Source: Rebecca billardiae RCC1528
Taxonomy: Eukaryota > Protista > Haptophyta
Direction of reading: 5' to 3'
NCBI GenBank assembly: GCA_965240325.2
Contig: OZ251235.1
Location: 1 to 64,000 of the forward strand
DNA: 64,000 bases
Part shown: piece after piece, positions 11,701 through 21,621 of the stretch
Layout: each line of letters opens with the position of its first letter
Position numbering within the stretch: the first letter of the stretch is position 1
Made by a program: the position numbers and the translations under genes
The notes under the pieces: model-generated
Seen by the model: the letters and a program-made list of their open reading frames with translations, nothing else
Databases searched by the model: none
What the model was told of the DNA's origin: nothing

Positions 11701-13179
11701 TCACCAAGACTGCGTCTGCTGCTGCGTGTCGTCGCAGTCAAACGCGACGCGCTCGGCGTGCGCGTCGAGCAGCGTGTGCTCCGTGCCCCAGCCCGCGCGC
11801 CCGAGCGCGCGGACGTACGCGGCGCCGTGCGCGTCGGCGTACTCGGCGGCGCGGCGCAGCGCGCCGTCGAGCGCGCCGCCGGCGCGCGCGCCGCGCGACG
11901 CGCCCGCCGGCGCGGCGCGCAGCTCGGCGAGCGCCGGCCCGTCGGCGTCGAGCTCGCGCAGCAGCCGCGCGGCGTGCATGTGCGCGCGCAGCTCGGCCTC
12001 GCCGCCGCCCGCGCCGCGCGCGAGCAGCAGCCGCGCGCGCGCGCGGCCGCTGCCCGCGCAGTGCTCGGCGCAGAGCACGTGCCCGCGCGCCGCCGCGTGC
12101 GCGCGCGCCGCGCCGAGCTGCGCCGCGTCCGCCGCGTACTCGGGCAGCGCGCCGCCAAACGCGACGCGGCCGGCGCCCGCGTGCCTGCGCAGCGGCGGCA
12201 GCAGCCCGTCGTCCAGCGAGGAGAGCGCGCGCGGGCCCGGCACGGCCGCGGCGCCGCCGTCAAAGTAGGCGGCGGCGAGCAGCTCGGCCTTCCGCGCGTC
12301 GGCCACGCTCAGCGTCACGCAGCGCAGCGCGGCCGCGAGCGTCGCGACGTGCGCGGCCGCGAGCGCGACGGCGAGCGGCGCGGCGAGCTGCGGCGCGGGC
12401 AGCGTCGCGCCCACCGAGAGGGCGACGCCCAGCGCCGTGCCGAGCAGCTGGCCGACGACGGCCTGCGCGCCGGCCTTGGCGGTCAGGTCGGCGAGGTTGG
12501 CGTGCGCCGCGCGGCGCGACAGGCTCAGGTGGATCGCCGCCTTGGACGCGCTCGCCGCGAGGCACGCCACCGACTTTGCGACGGTCGCGGCCGACGCGAT
12601 CGGCAGGAACGCGGCCGGCCAGAGCGGCGCGCACATCTCGACGAGGCGCGCGCCGTCCTCGAGCCAGGCGGCGAAGAGGCGCCACTGCTTGGGGTGCGCG
12701 TCGAAGCGGTCGGCCACCAGGTACGCCGAGCCGATCGTCGCGAGCTGCCCGACGCCGTCCTTGAGCACCCAGTTGAGCGCGGCCGCGGCGGGCAGCGCGT
12801 GCGGCGCGCCCAGCCCGGCGCCCATCAGCAGCGCCTGCGTGGAGAGCGTGCCCGCGGCGGAGCCGAGCGCCTGGTGCGCGACGTTCCACGCGGCGTACCG
12901 CGCGTACTCGGGCGCGACCGAGTCGGGGAAGCCGCGCGGCAGCAGCGGCGCCGCGAGCGCGCGCAGCGGCGCGGCGACGGCGCCGCCCGCCCGCGCGCCG
13001 TCGCCGCCGTCGTCGCGCGCGCGCGCGAGCGCGCCCGTGGCCGGGTCGAGCGCGTAGCGCTGCGCGTCGGCGCGCGACGCGCGGTACACCACCGCCACGA
13101 CGGCGGGCGGCGGCGCCGCCGCCGCCGCGCGGCCGCACAGCCCCGCGAAGCGCACGTGGCGCGCGGCGAGGGCCGCCAT
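11701..13179 (-). CDS. RUS (root UVB sensitive) / DUF647 family protein
   Basis: Motifs LPRGFPDSVAPEYARYAAW, LSTQALL, AAALNWVLKDGVGQL, RFDAHPKQWR and NLADLTAKAGAQ are the DUF647 hallmarks. Confidence 0.95.
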   Translation of the reverse strand: MAALAARHVRFAGLCGRAAAAAPPPAVVAVVYRASRADAQRYALDPATGALARARDDGGDGARAGGAVAAPLRALAAPLLPRGFPDSVAPEYARYAAWNVAHQALGSAAGTLSTQALLMGAGLGAPHALPAAAALNWVLKDGVGQLATIGSAYLVADRFDAHPKQWRLFAAWLEDGARLVEMCAPLWPAAFLPIASAATVAKSVACLAASASKAAIHLSLSRRAAHANLADLTAKAGAQAVVGQLLGTALGVALSVGATLPAPQLAAPLAVALAAAHVATLAAALRCVTLSVADARKAELLAAAYFDGGAAAVPGPRALSSLDDGLLPPLRRHAGAGRVAFGGALPEYAADAAQLGAARAHAAARGHVLCAEHCAGSGRARARLLLARGAGGGEAELRAHMHAARLLRELDADGPALAELRAAPAGASRGARAGGALDGALRRAAEYADAHGAAYVRALGRAGWGTEHTLLDAHAERVAFDCDDTQQQTQSW

Positions 13180-13346
13180 CGCCTCGCCTTAACCAAGTGT
13201 GCACGTTAAATCATAGTCGTAAACTGTACCGCCGTCCTTCCGTACGACGTACGATATACGAATGCGGGTATTCCGTCGTCGAATCCGGTGCCGTCGAGAT
13301 TCGCGCGCGCGCGCATCGTCGTCGCCCCGACGACCAGCCCCCTCTC

Positions 13347-15153
13347 ATGGCGGCGAACGCGACAGCGGCCGCCGCGGCGGCGGCGGCGGCGGCGGCAGCG
13401 TCGGCGGGCGCGCTGGGCGACGAGTCGGCGGCGTCGCCGTGCGCGGGCTTCATCTTCTCGGTGGGCGTGCTCGCCGCCATCGGCATCGGCATGAGCAACG
13501 CGGGCAACGACCTGTGCAACGCGATGGGCGTGACCGTCGGCGCGGGCGTGCTCTCGCTGCGCCAGGCGGTGGGCGTCGGCGCGGTGTTCGACGGGCTGGG
13601 CGGCCTGCTGATGGGCTCGCGCGTCACCAACACCATCGCCGCGGGCATCGTCAAGGGCGACCTGTACGCGGGCGCGGACGGCCCCGACCTGCTCGCCAAG
13701 TCGATGCTGATCGTCATGTTTGCGGGCGGCGCGACGATGCTCACCGGCACGATGGGGCGCGTGCCGATCTCGGCGCACCACTCGGTGGTGGGCTCGCTCG
13801 TCTCGATGGCGCTCATCACGCGCGGGCCCTCCGCCGTGCACTGGGACCTCGTCGGCGAGATTGTCTTCTCGTGGGTGCGCGCGCGCGCGCGCCCACGAGA
13901 AGGCGGCCGAGCGGGCCGGCGCGCGCGCGCGCTCACCCGCCGCCGCCCCGCCCGCCCGCCCCCCCCCCCCGCCGGCGCAGATCGGCAACCCGCTGCTGGG
14001 CATGGCCACCTCGCTCGCCGTCTTCGTGCTCCTCGACTGGTCCGTGCTGCGCCGCGAGCAGCCCGCGCGCGCGTTTGCGCGCGCCAAGTGGGCCGTGTAC
14101 GTGGGCAGCTGCTGCACGTGCCTGCCGTTCGTGCTCGTCAAGTCGCCGCAGCTCAAGGTGCCCATCGCGCCCGCGCTCGTCGTCTCGTGCGGCGTGGGGC
14201 TGCTCTGCGCGCACTACGCCGACGCGCTCACCGCCTCGATCGACGCCGCGCGCGCGTACGTCCACGTGGGCGCCGGCGCGGAGGGCGCGGACCGCGAGTC
14301 GGCGGGCGGCTCGACGCCCGAGGAGGCGACGACCGCGCTCGGCGGCGGCGCGGCCGACGCGGCCGAGGCGGGCGCGCTCGTCGAGCGGCGGCGCGGCGGC
14401 GGCGGCGCGGACGGCGGCGCGGCGGCGCCCGACGCCTTCTCGATCGACGACGACGACGACGGCGTCGTCGGCGCCAAGCCGGGCGGCGTGCACGAGCTGC
14501 GGCCGATGGTGGCGCGCGGCGGCGCCGACGACGACGACGACGAGGGCGCCGCGCTCGCCGCCTCGGGCCCGGGCTCGCGCGCGCGCGCGGGCGAGCTGCG
14601 CGCGGTCGAGCGCGCGTTCGGCCCGCTGCTCGTGCTCTCGGCGGTGAGCGTGGCCTTCGTGCACGGCGCGCAGGACGTGTCCAACGCGGCCGGCCCGCTC
14701 ATGCAGATCAACGCGCAGCTCAGCGCGCGCTCCGCGCACGCGGGGCGCATCGAGGGCGGCAGCCTGTCGTGGCCGCTGCTGCTCGGCGTGTGCGCGTTCG
14801 TCGCGGGCGACCTCGTGCTCGGCTGGCGCGTGATCGCGACGGTGGGCTCGAAGATCACCGACATGACGCCGTCGCGCGCGTTTGCGGCGCAGATGGGCAC
14901 GGTGGTGGCGCTCACCTCCGCCACGCTCGTCTCGCTGCCCGTCTCCTCGTCCGAGTGCATCGTCGGCTCGGTGATTGGCGTCGGGCTCGCCAAGCGCGCG
15001 CTCGGCTACTCGGACGCGGGCATCGACTTCAAGGTGCTCAGGCGGATCTGGGCGGCGTGGCTGCTCACCATCCCGTACGCCGGCGCCATCGCCGCCGCCT
15101 TCTTCACGCTCGTGCAGCTCGTGTGCCCGCCCGCGTCCGCCGGCGGCGTCTGA
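13347..15153 (+). CDS. PiT/PHO4-family inorganic phosphate transporter (2 exons: 13347-13874, 13981-15153)
   Basis: Two signature motifs (AGNDLCNAMG, HGAQDVSNAAG), plus PISAHHSVVG and LPVSSSECIVGSVIG. A GTGCGC...GCAG intron at 13875-13980 joins the two frames. Confidence 0.93.
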
Positions 15154-16160
15154 GTCGCGGCGCGCCTGGCGCCCATCGTCAGGGCTGGCGCGGCCGTGGC
15201 GGGCGCGCACGCGGGTTCCAACCCGCACGGTCCGCGGGGCCCTCGTTTGTGTGCGGCGCGCGGCCCGCGCACGGCGCGCTCGGCTCGATGGGGGTGCATC
15301 GTTATCCGATGGTGTCATCGTTGTCGTCGATGGCCATCAACCGACATCGGCGCATGCGCCGCCGTAGTGGCTCAATGATGTGCTCACGTAACTACCGACG
15401 GTGTGTGTGTGTCTGTGTAGTACATTGTATTCGCCATCTGCAGCGCAGGCTGATGTTGCCAGCAGCTCAGCGGCAGCGGCCAGTCTCAGCTTGTCATCCG
15501 CCGCGGCGGCGGACCTGCCATCCCGGGCCGGCGGCGGCCGGTGCCCGTGCCACTGCAATCGGACCGGCCGCCCCGGCAGTGGCACATATCGCGGGCTGCG
15601 CGCGGCGGCGGCGCGGCCGGTCTCCGGCCACTCGGGCCGTATGGCGCGTGCATAGTGCAGGCATCGCGCCACCGTACTTGCACGCGCATAGCCGCTCAGC
15701 AGGCGCGCTCCGAACAGCAGGCATCATGTTGCCGGGCACCGGCTGCCGGCGGGGCTCTGAGCCGCTTCGGGCCGTGACCCCGCGTGCGCAGATGGCCAGG
15801 CCCGCCGCGAGATCATTCCTTTGGCGCGGCGTGCATGGGTCTAACCAGTCGCGGCGCACGAACGGGCACTGTCGAATACGCGCGGAGCGGCCAGGGCCGG
15901 GCGTCTTGCTGGCCCGCAGCGTACGCCGCCGGCCGCCATCCTCGCAGTCCACTTTCGCGTCGATCCGCGCGAATCATCAGCGAATCATTTGAGGATTGAA
16001 CTACTTCGCGAGGCTTCATCGCGCGTGAACAATCAACAATTCAGAGAGCTCCAGGGTCGCTGGCCCTTTTTTGGACCGTCGCAGTCTTCGCAAGGCTCGC
16101 AGGGGAAGAGTTGGATCGACAGTGTGGTGAGCAGTGCGCCATCGTCACACGGCGAGAGAG

Positions 16161-17657
16161 ATGCGGGCCGCCGCGCATCTCGACGTCGCCGCCACGCTCG
16201 TGCCGCGGCGGGACGAGGCGCGCAGGCGACGGCGGGCGGCGCCGCCGGCGCTGGCGCTCGCGCTCGTCCTCGCCGCGCTCGCGCCGCGCGCCGCGCTCGG
16301 CGCCACGCGCGCTCCGCCGCTGCGCGCGGCCGCGGCGGGCGCGCGCGCGCGCGTGCCGCGTGCCGCGCCGCGCGTGCGCGCGTGCGCCGCGCCCGGCTCC
16401 TCGGCGTCGGACGAGCCGCGGCCGCAGCTGCGCACGGCGTCGCCGAGCGTCTTCACCGGCCGCTGGGTCGACCCCGACGCGCCGCCGAGCAAGGAGACGC
16501 CGCCGCTCGTCGCGCTCGGCCGCGCGCTCGGCGAGGCGCTGCCGCGCTGGGCGTCGGGCGCGGGCGCGGACTGGGCGCCCGTGCGGCGCGAGTGGCTGCG
16601 CTTCCTCGCGGGGTTCGACCGCGGCGACTTTCGGTGGGAGTTCCTCGTGCCCTTCCGCGAGGAGCCGCTCACGCGCGTGGACAAGTTCATCGTCGCCACC
16701 TCGTTTGTGGCGCTGGCGCTCGGCGTGCAGGTGCTGTTCGACCGCGAGGCGTCGGTGTGGGACCACCTGGCGTACATCCTCTTCTTCCTCTCGTACGCGA
16801 TCGGGAACGAGTCGTCGCTGCGCACGCTCGCGATCGGCGGCTCCGCGCTCGAGATCGTCGCCAACCTGGACACGAACGGCCCCGAGCGCGCGGACGTGGT
16901 GCCGGTGTCGTACGAGACTCTCTTCATCGTGATCAACGCGTACTACGCACTGCGCGCGCACGTCGCCGCGCAGCCGGTCGAGTTCGCGCAGGTGGAGCGG
17001 CGCGTGTACGAGGCGTGCTTCGAGCCCTTCGGCCTCGCGCCGCGCCAGTTCCTCAAGATCCTCGAGAGCGCCGAGTGGCACGTGGCCGTGGAGGGCGAGC
17101 GGCTGGTCGAGCGCGGCGAGCCGGTGCGCGACGTGTTCGTCGGGCTGGGCGGCGCCTTCTCCATCCTCGGCAAGGACAACCAGACGGTCGGCGCGGTGCA
17201 GCCGTACGTGCTGATCGGCGAGGTGTCGCTCCTGCAGAACCTGCAGTCGCCCGGCGGCTCGTACCACCCCGAGGCCGTCGCGTCGATGGTCGCCGCGCCG
17301 GGCGCCACGTACGTGCGCTGGCCGCAGTGGGTCTTCTTCGAGGCGATGGCGGAGGACGAGGCGTTCGCCGCGGCGATGCGCACCATGATCGCGCGCGCGC
17401 TCTCGCGCAAGCTGCTCACGATCTGGGAGGGCGGCAGCGCCGGCGGCATGCCGCAGCCGCCGCCGGCGGCCATGCCGCAGCCGCCGCCCGCGGCGTCGGC
17501 CTCGGCGGACGCGGGGAGCAAGGTGGTGGCCGCGCCGCCGCAGCCGCACGGCGGCTCGGCGTCCGCGCCGCCGCCAGCGTCGCGGCCTGCGTCGGGCTCG
17601 TCGCCGCCCTCGTCCGCGGCGGCCTCCGAGCCGTGGCCGCCCTCGCAGGGGACATAG
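16161..17657 (+). CDS. Popeye-like membrane protein with cyclic-nucleotide-binding domain and N-terminal targeting-like leader
   Basis: TM segment HLAYILFFLSY...LRTLAI...LFIVIN, then ERRVYEACFEPFGLAPRQFLKILESAEW and GERLVERGEPV...LIGEVSLL, matching the Popeye/cNMP architecture. Confidence 0.75.
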   Translation: MRAAAHLDVAATLVPRRDEARRRRRAAPPALALALVLAALAPRAALGATRAPPLRAAAAGARARVPRAAPRVRACAAPGSSASDEPRPQLRTASPSVFTGRWVDPDAPPSKETPPLVALGRALGEALPRWASGAGADWAPVRREWLRFLAGFDRGDFRWEFLVPFREEPLTRVDKFIVATSFVALALGVQVLFDREASVWDHLAYILFFLSYAIGNESSLRTLAIGGSALEIVANLDTNGPERADVVPVSYETLFIVINAYYALRAHVAAQPVEFAQVERRVYEACFEPFGLAPRQFLKILESAEWHVAVEGERLVERGEPVRDVFVGLGGAFSILGKDNQTVGAVQPYVLIGEVSLLQNLQSPGGSYHPEAVASMVAAPGATYVRWPQWVFFEAMAEDEAFAAAMRTMIARALSRKLLTIWEGGSAGGMPQPPPAAMPQPPPAASASADAGSKVVAAPPQPHGGSASAPPPASRPASGSSPPSSAAASEPWPPSQGT

Positions 17658-18050
17658 CGCAGGCGGCGCGCGGGGAGGCGGCGGCTGCGCGGGGCGCCCA
17701 GCGGCTGCAGGCCTGACGATGCCCGGTCCGTCTAGGCTCCGTGCGGACCCTGAGGAGTGACACGACTGATGTGCTGATGAGTGGTGTGCAGCACTTCATC
17801 AGGCCGGGTGACATCCGTGACGGAAGTATGGTAATATCGTCGCGCGCAGCCGTCTGATATCCGAGCAGCACCGTCGATCGCAGCTAGACACTACTCTGAT
17901 GATATATGCTATATATATATACGATGACGTGATCCGCGACCTCGCAGGCCCCGGCCCGCCCCGCCGCGCCGGCCCCGCCCGCGGGCACCGCCCGCACCGG
18001 GCCACTGGGCCTCGCGCCGCGGTCCGCCCGACGAGTCAGCCCCCGCTAGA

Positions 18051-19592
18051 TCAGGCGAGGCGCGCTGGTGGCACCGGCCGGTGGTCATCCCCGCCGGCGC
18101 TGCATTCGACTGGGCACAGCGGCGGCAGCTGCGCGACGCGCGTGGGCGCACGAACGGCATTCGCCGCGGCGCCGGCCGCGCCCTCGGCGCCGAGGCCGAG
18201 CGCGGCCGTCCGCTCGCCGCACGCGTGCGCGCTGCCGTCCGCCGTGAGGAACAGCGCGTGCGCCAGGCCGAGCGCGCAGTGCGCGACGTGCGCGTGGGCG
18301 AGGGCGCGCACGCGGCTCGGGGCGTGGACGGCGAGCGCGCGCGAGCCCGTCCCGAGCTCGCCGCGGCGGTTGTCGCCGAACGCGTGCGCGCTGCCGTCCG
18401 CGCCCAGCACCGCGCCGCTGCGGTGGCCGCACACGGCGCGCACAGCGCGCACGCCCGCAAGCGCCTGGACGCGCGCCATGGGGGCAGGGCGCGCGCGCCG
18501 CTGGTCGTTGGGCCGGCCGAGCTCATTGTACGAGCAGCCTCCGAACGCGTACACGCCCCCCGCGGCGTCCACCACCAGGCTGTGGCTGACGCCCGCGCTC
18601 ACGTGCGCCGCGCGCACGGCCGCGAGCGCGCAGATCAGCCGCGGCGTGCGCTGCGGCTCGAGCGCGCCGGCGGCGCTGCCGAGCTGGCCAGCGTCGTTGG
18701 TGCCGCACGCGTAGACGGCGCCGCACGCCGCGAGTAGCAGCGTGTGCCCGCCCCCGGCGGCGATGCCCGCCACGCGCACGCCGTCCAGCGCCTCCACGCG
18801 CGCGGGCAGCGCGCGTGCGCCGGTGGCCCGCCCCAGGCCGAGCTGGCCGTAGCAGTTGCAGCCCCAGCCGTACGCGCACCCGGCGGCGGTGGACGCGAGG
18901 CTGTGCGCGCCGCGCGCGGCGATGCACACGGCGTGCTCGCCGCGCAGCGCGCGCACGTGCGCGAAGGCGCGGCGCGTCTCCCTGTCGCCCAGCCCGAGCT
19001 GGCCGGCCGCGTTCTCGCCGCACGCGTACAGCGCACCCCCGCGGCACAGCGCGAGAAGGTGGGACTGGCCGGCGGCGACCGAGCGCAGGCGCACCGAGCC
19101 GAGCGAGGGCACGCGCGTGGGCACGCGCACCGCGCCCGCCCCCGGGTGGCCCAGCGCCGCTGGCGCCGCGGCACCGCCCCCCACGGCCGGCGCGCCGCCG
19201 CCGGCCGGGCCCGCCTCGCCGCACGTGTGCAGGCCGCCGCGCGCGTCGACAAACGCGCTGTGGGCCGCGTCGCACGCGGCGCGCTGCGCGTGCTGTGACG
19301 CGAGCATGTGCACGCGCTCGCGCGCGAACAGCTCCTGCGTCCACGTGCACGCGCCCCGCGGCAGCTCGGCCGGCAGCGCGGCCGCGTGCCCGCGGCGCGC
19401 GGCGCGCTCGCGCAGCGCGCGCTCGACCGCCGAGCCGCCGCCGCGCGGCGCGCCGCGGAAGAGGCGCGACGTGGCGTTGGCGCTGGCGAGATCGCACGGC
19501 CGCGGGAGCAACGCCACGATCCGCTCGATCACCTCGGGCGGCAGCTCGCGCAGCTCGAGCGGCGGAAGCGCCGAGGCGATCGCGCGGCGCAT
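18051..19592 (-). CDS. F-box-like + RCC1-repeat protein
   Basis: N-terminal LRELPPEVIERIVALL (F-box-like), followed by repeated VAAGxxHxL...YACGxNxxGQLG RCC1 units. Confidence 0.88.
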   Translation of the reverse strand: MRRAIASALPPLELRELPPEVIERIVALLPRPCDLASANATSRLFRGAPRGGGSAVERALRERAARRGHAAALPAELPRGACTWTQELFARERVHMLASQHAQRAACDAAHSAFVDARGGLHTCGEAGPAGGGAPAVGGGAAAPAALGHPGAGAVRVPTRVPSLGSVRLRSVAAGQSHLLALCRGGALYACGENAAGQLGLGDRETRRAFAHVRALRGEHAVCIAARGAHSLASTAAGCAYGWGCNCYGQLGLGRATGARALPARVEALDGVRVAGIAAGGGHTLLLAACGAVYACGTNDAGQLGSAAGALEPQRTPRLICALAAVRAAHVSAGVSHSLVVDAAGGVYAFGGCSYNELGRPNDQRRARPAPMARVQALAGVRAVRAVCGHRSGAVLGADGSAHAFGDNRRGELGTGSRALAVHAPSRVRALAHAHVAHCALGLAHALFLTADGSAHACGERTAALGLGAEGAAGAAANAVRAPTRVAQLPPLCPVECSAGGDDHRPVPPARLA

Positions 19593-19775
19593 CCGGCCGG
19601 CCGGTGAGACGCAGACTGCCGCGTGCGCGTGCGGGGCTCCTGTGATCAGCCGGAGTGCGCGCAAGCGCCAAGCGAGAGCGGTCTTTGGGAGCCGGCGCGG
19701 CCGCGCAAAGCTGCAGCGCAGTCGTCAGCAAGCCGCTCGAGCGAGGCGCGCGGCGCGCGCACCCGCGAGCGCACG

Positions 19776-21365
19776 ATGCCGCCGGCCGCGCTGCGCGCGG
19801 GCGCGCTGTACAACCGGCTGAGCACGGACGACGTGCTGCTGCTCGACGTGCGCGCCGACGCCGACGCCTTTGGCGCCGCGCACGCGCGCGGCGCGTACCG
19901 CTGCTGGGTGGAGGCGGGCGGCGAGCTGCGCGCGGCGCCCGCGCCGGGCGCGGGCGTGCCCGAGGCGGGCGCCGGCGCGTTCTGGAAGGGGCGCGACGTG
20001 GTGATGTACCCGCTCGATCCCGACGAGGCGGAGGCGCACGCCGTGTGCGCGCGCCTCGCGTCCGACGGCGGCGCGTCCTCGATGTGCGTGCTGCGCGCGG
20101 CCGAGTGGGAGGCCTTCCGCAGCGCGTACGGCGCGCTCGCGTGCGCGGGGCGCGAGGTGGGCGGGCCGGCGCGCGAGGGGCACAGCGCGCGCACGCGGCT
20201 CCTCCCGTCCGAGGTGATCCCCGGGCTGCTCTACCTCAGCGACCTGCCCACCGCCGCCGCGTGCGAGGCGGCGCACGCGGCGCGCGCGCTGCGGCTGAGC
20301 CGCGTGCTCACGGTGATGGCCGAGCCGCCCGCCGAGCTGCGCGGCCTCGCGGCGCGCGCGGCCGCGCCCGGCGCGCCGCTGAAGCACTCCTTCTTCGCGT
20401 GCGCCGACCAGCAGGCCGCCGACGTCGGCCGCCACTTCGGCGCGTGCCACGCGCTGATCGAGGGCGCGCGCTTGGCCGGGCTGTCTGTGCTGGTGCACTG
20501 CTCCAAGGGCGTCTCGCGCTCGGCCACGGTGGTCGCGTCGTACCTGATGAAGGAGCGCGCGCCGCTCTCGGCGGCCGAGGCGCTCGGCGCCGTCGCCGCC
20601 GCGCGGCGCATCATCTGCCCCAACGCGGGCTTCCGCCAGGCGCTGGCCGAGTACGCGCGCGAGCTGGCGGGCGAGCGCTCGGGCGTGTACGTGCCGCGCG
20701 CGAGCGCGGGCACCGCGCTCGGCGCCGAGGGCGGCTTCGCGCTGCCGCCGGCGTGGGCGGCGCCGGCGCCGCGGCCGGCGGAGGCGCGCGCGACGCTCCT
20801 CGTGACCAAGGGCGGCGCGCAGCTCGACGCCATCGACGTGGGCGGCCACGCGTGCTCGGTGGTGGGCCGCGCGCTGACCGCAGACGTCGTGTGCGAGCAC
20901 GGCTCTGTCTCGCGCGCACACGCCGCGCTGGTGCACCACGTGGCGGGCGGGCTGTACGTGCTCGACCTGGGCTCGACGCACGGCACCTTCCTCAACGGCG
21001 TGCGGCTGCACCCGCGCGCCGAGGTGCGGCTGCGCGAGGGCGACGACCTCACCTTCGGCGCGTCCACGCGCACGTACACCGTGGCACGCCTGCCGCGCGG
21101 CGGCGGCGGCGGCGGCGCGGAGAGCGCGGCCGAGCCGGCGGGCGCGGTGGCGGCGGCGGCGGAGGAGGAGGCAGAGGGCGAGGCGGAGGGCGAGGAGGCG
21201 GACGACGCGCCCGCCGAGCGCGGCAAGCGCAAGCCCAAGCGGCGGTGGGTGAAGAAGTCGGTGCGGCGGCTCGAGCAGCAGGTGCGCGGCCGCGCGCCCA
21301 CCGAGAACGAGCGCGTCGCCGCGCAGGCGGGCGCGGGCAGCGGCGTGCTCGGCCCCGGCTGGTGA
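19776..21365 (+). CDS. Rhodanese-like + dual-specificity phosphatase + FHA domain protein
   Basis: LLLDVR...F...H...A (rhodanese-like); PSEVIPGLLYLS, VLVHCSKGVSRSA and ICPNAGF (DSP); VGR, SVSRAHA and DLGSTHGTFLNG (FHA); basic C-terminal NLS-like stretch. Confidence 0.9.
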   Translation: MPPAALRAGALYNRLSTDDVLLLDVRADADAFGAAHARGAYRCWVEAGGELRAAPAPGAGVPEAGAGAFWKGRDVVMYPLDPDEAEAHAVCARLASDGGASSMCVLRAAEWEAFRSAYGALACAGREVGGPAREGHSARTRLLPSEVIPGLLYLSDLPTAAACEAAHAARALRLSRVLTVMAEPPAELRGLAARAAAPGAPLKHSFFACADQQAADVGRHFGACHALIEGARLAGLSVLVHCSKGVSRSATVVASYLMKERAPLSAAEALGAVAAARRIICPNAGFRQALAEYARELAGERSGVYVPRASAGTALGAEGGFALPPAWAAPAPRPAEARATLLVTKGGAQLDAIDVGGHACSVVGRALTADVVCEHGSVSRAHAALVHHVAGGLYVLDLGSTHGTFLNGVRLHPRAEVRLREGDDLTFGASTRTYTVARLPRGGGGGGAESAAEPAGAVAAAAEEEAEGEAEGEEADDAPAERGKRKPKRRWVKKSVRRLEQQVRGRAPTENERVAAQAGAGSGVLGPGW

Positions 21366-21621
21366 GTTGGGGCGGCGCGCGGCCGGGCCCTGCGCCGCCG
21401 GCGCGGCGGCCGCCGGCCGCGTCCGGCGGCTGCTGGCACCCGTCCGCCGCGGAGGGCCGTCGTCGTCGTCAGATGACTCTTCGTATACTACTATCTCTAC
21501 TACTATCTGCTGTATGCCGTTACGAAATGCGGGTGATCCGTAGTATTGAAGGGCGAGCCGCCGGCCGCGCACCCGCCCCGACCTGGTGAGCAGCACTGGT
21601 GAGCAGGTGAGCTCCTGCAGG

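Noticed and set aside
18051-19592. UVR8 photoreceptor forming a UV-B cluster with RUS
   Set aside because: The RCC1 repeats lack the GWRHT tryptophan motifs of UVR8, and the protein has an F-box-like N-terminus.
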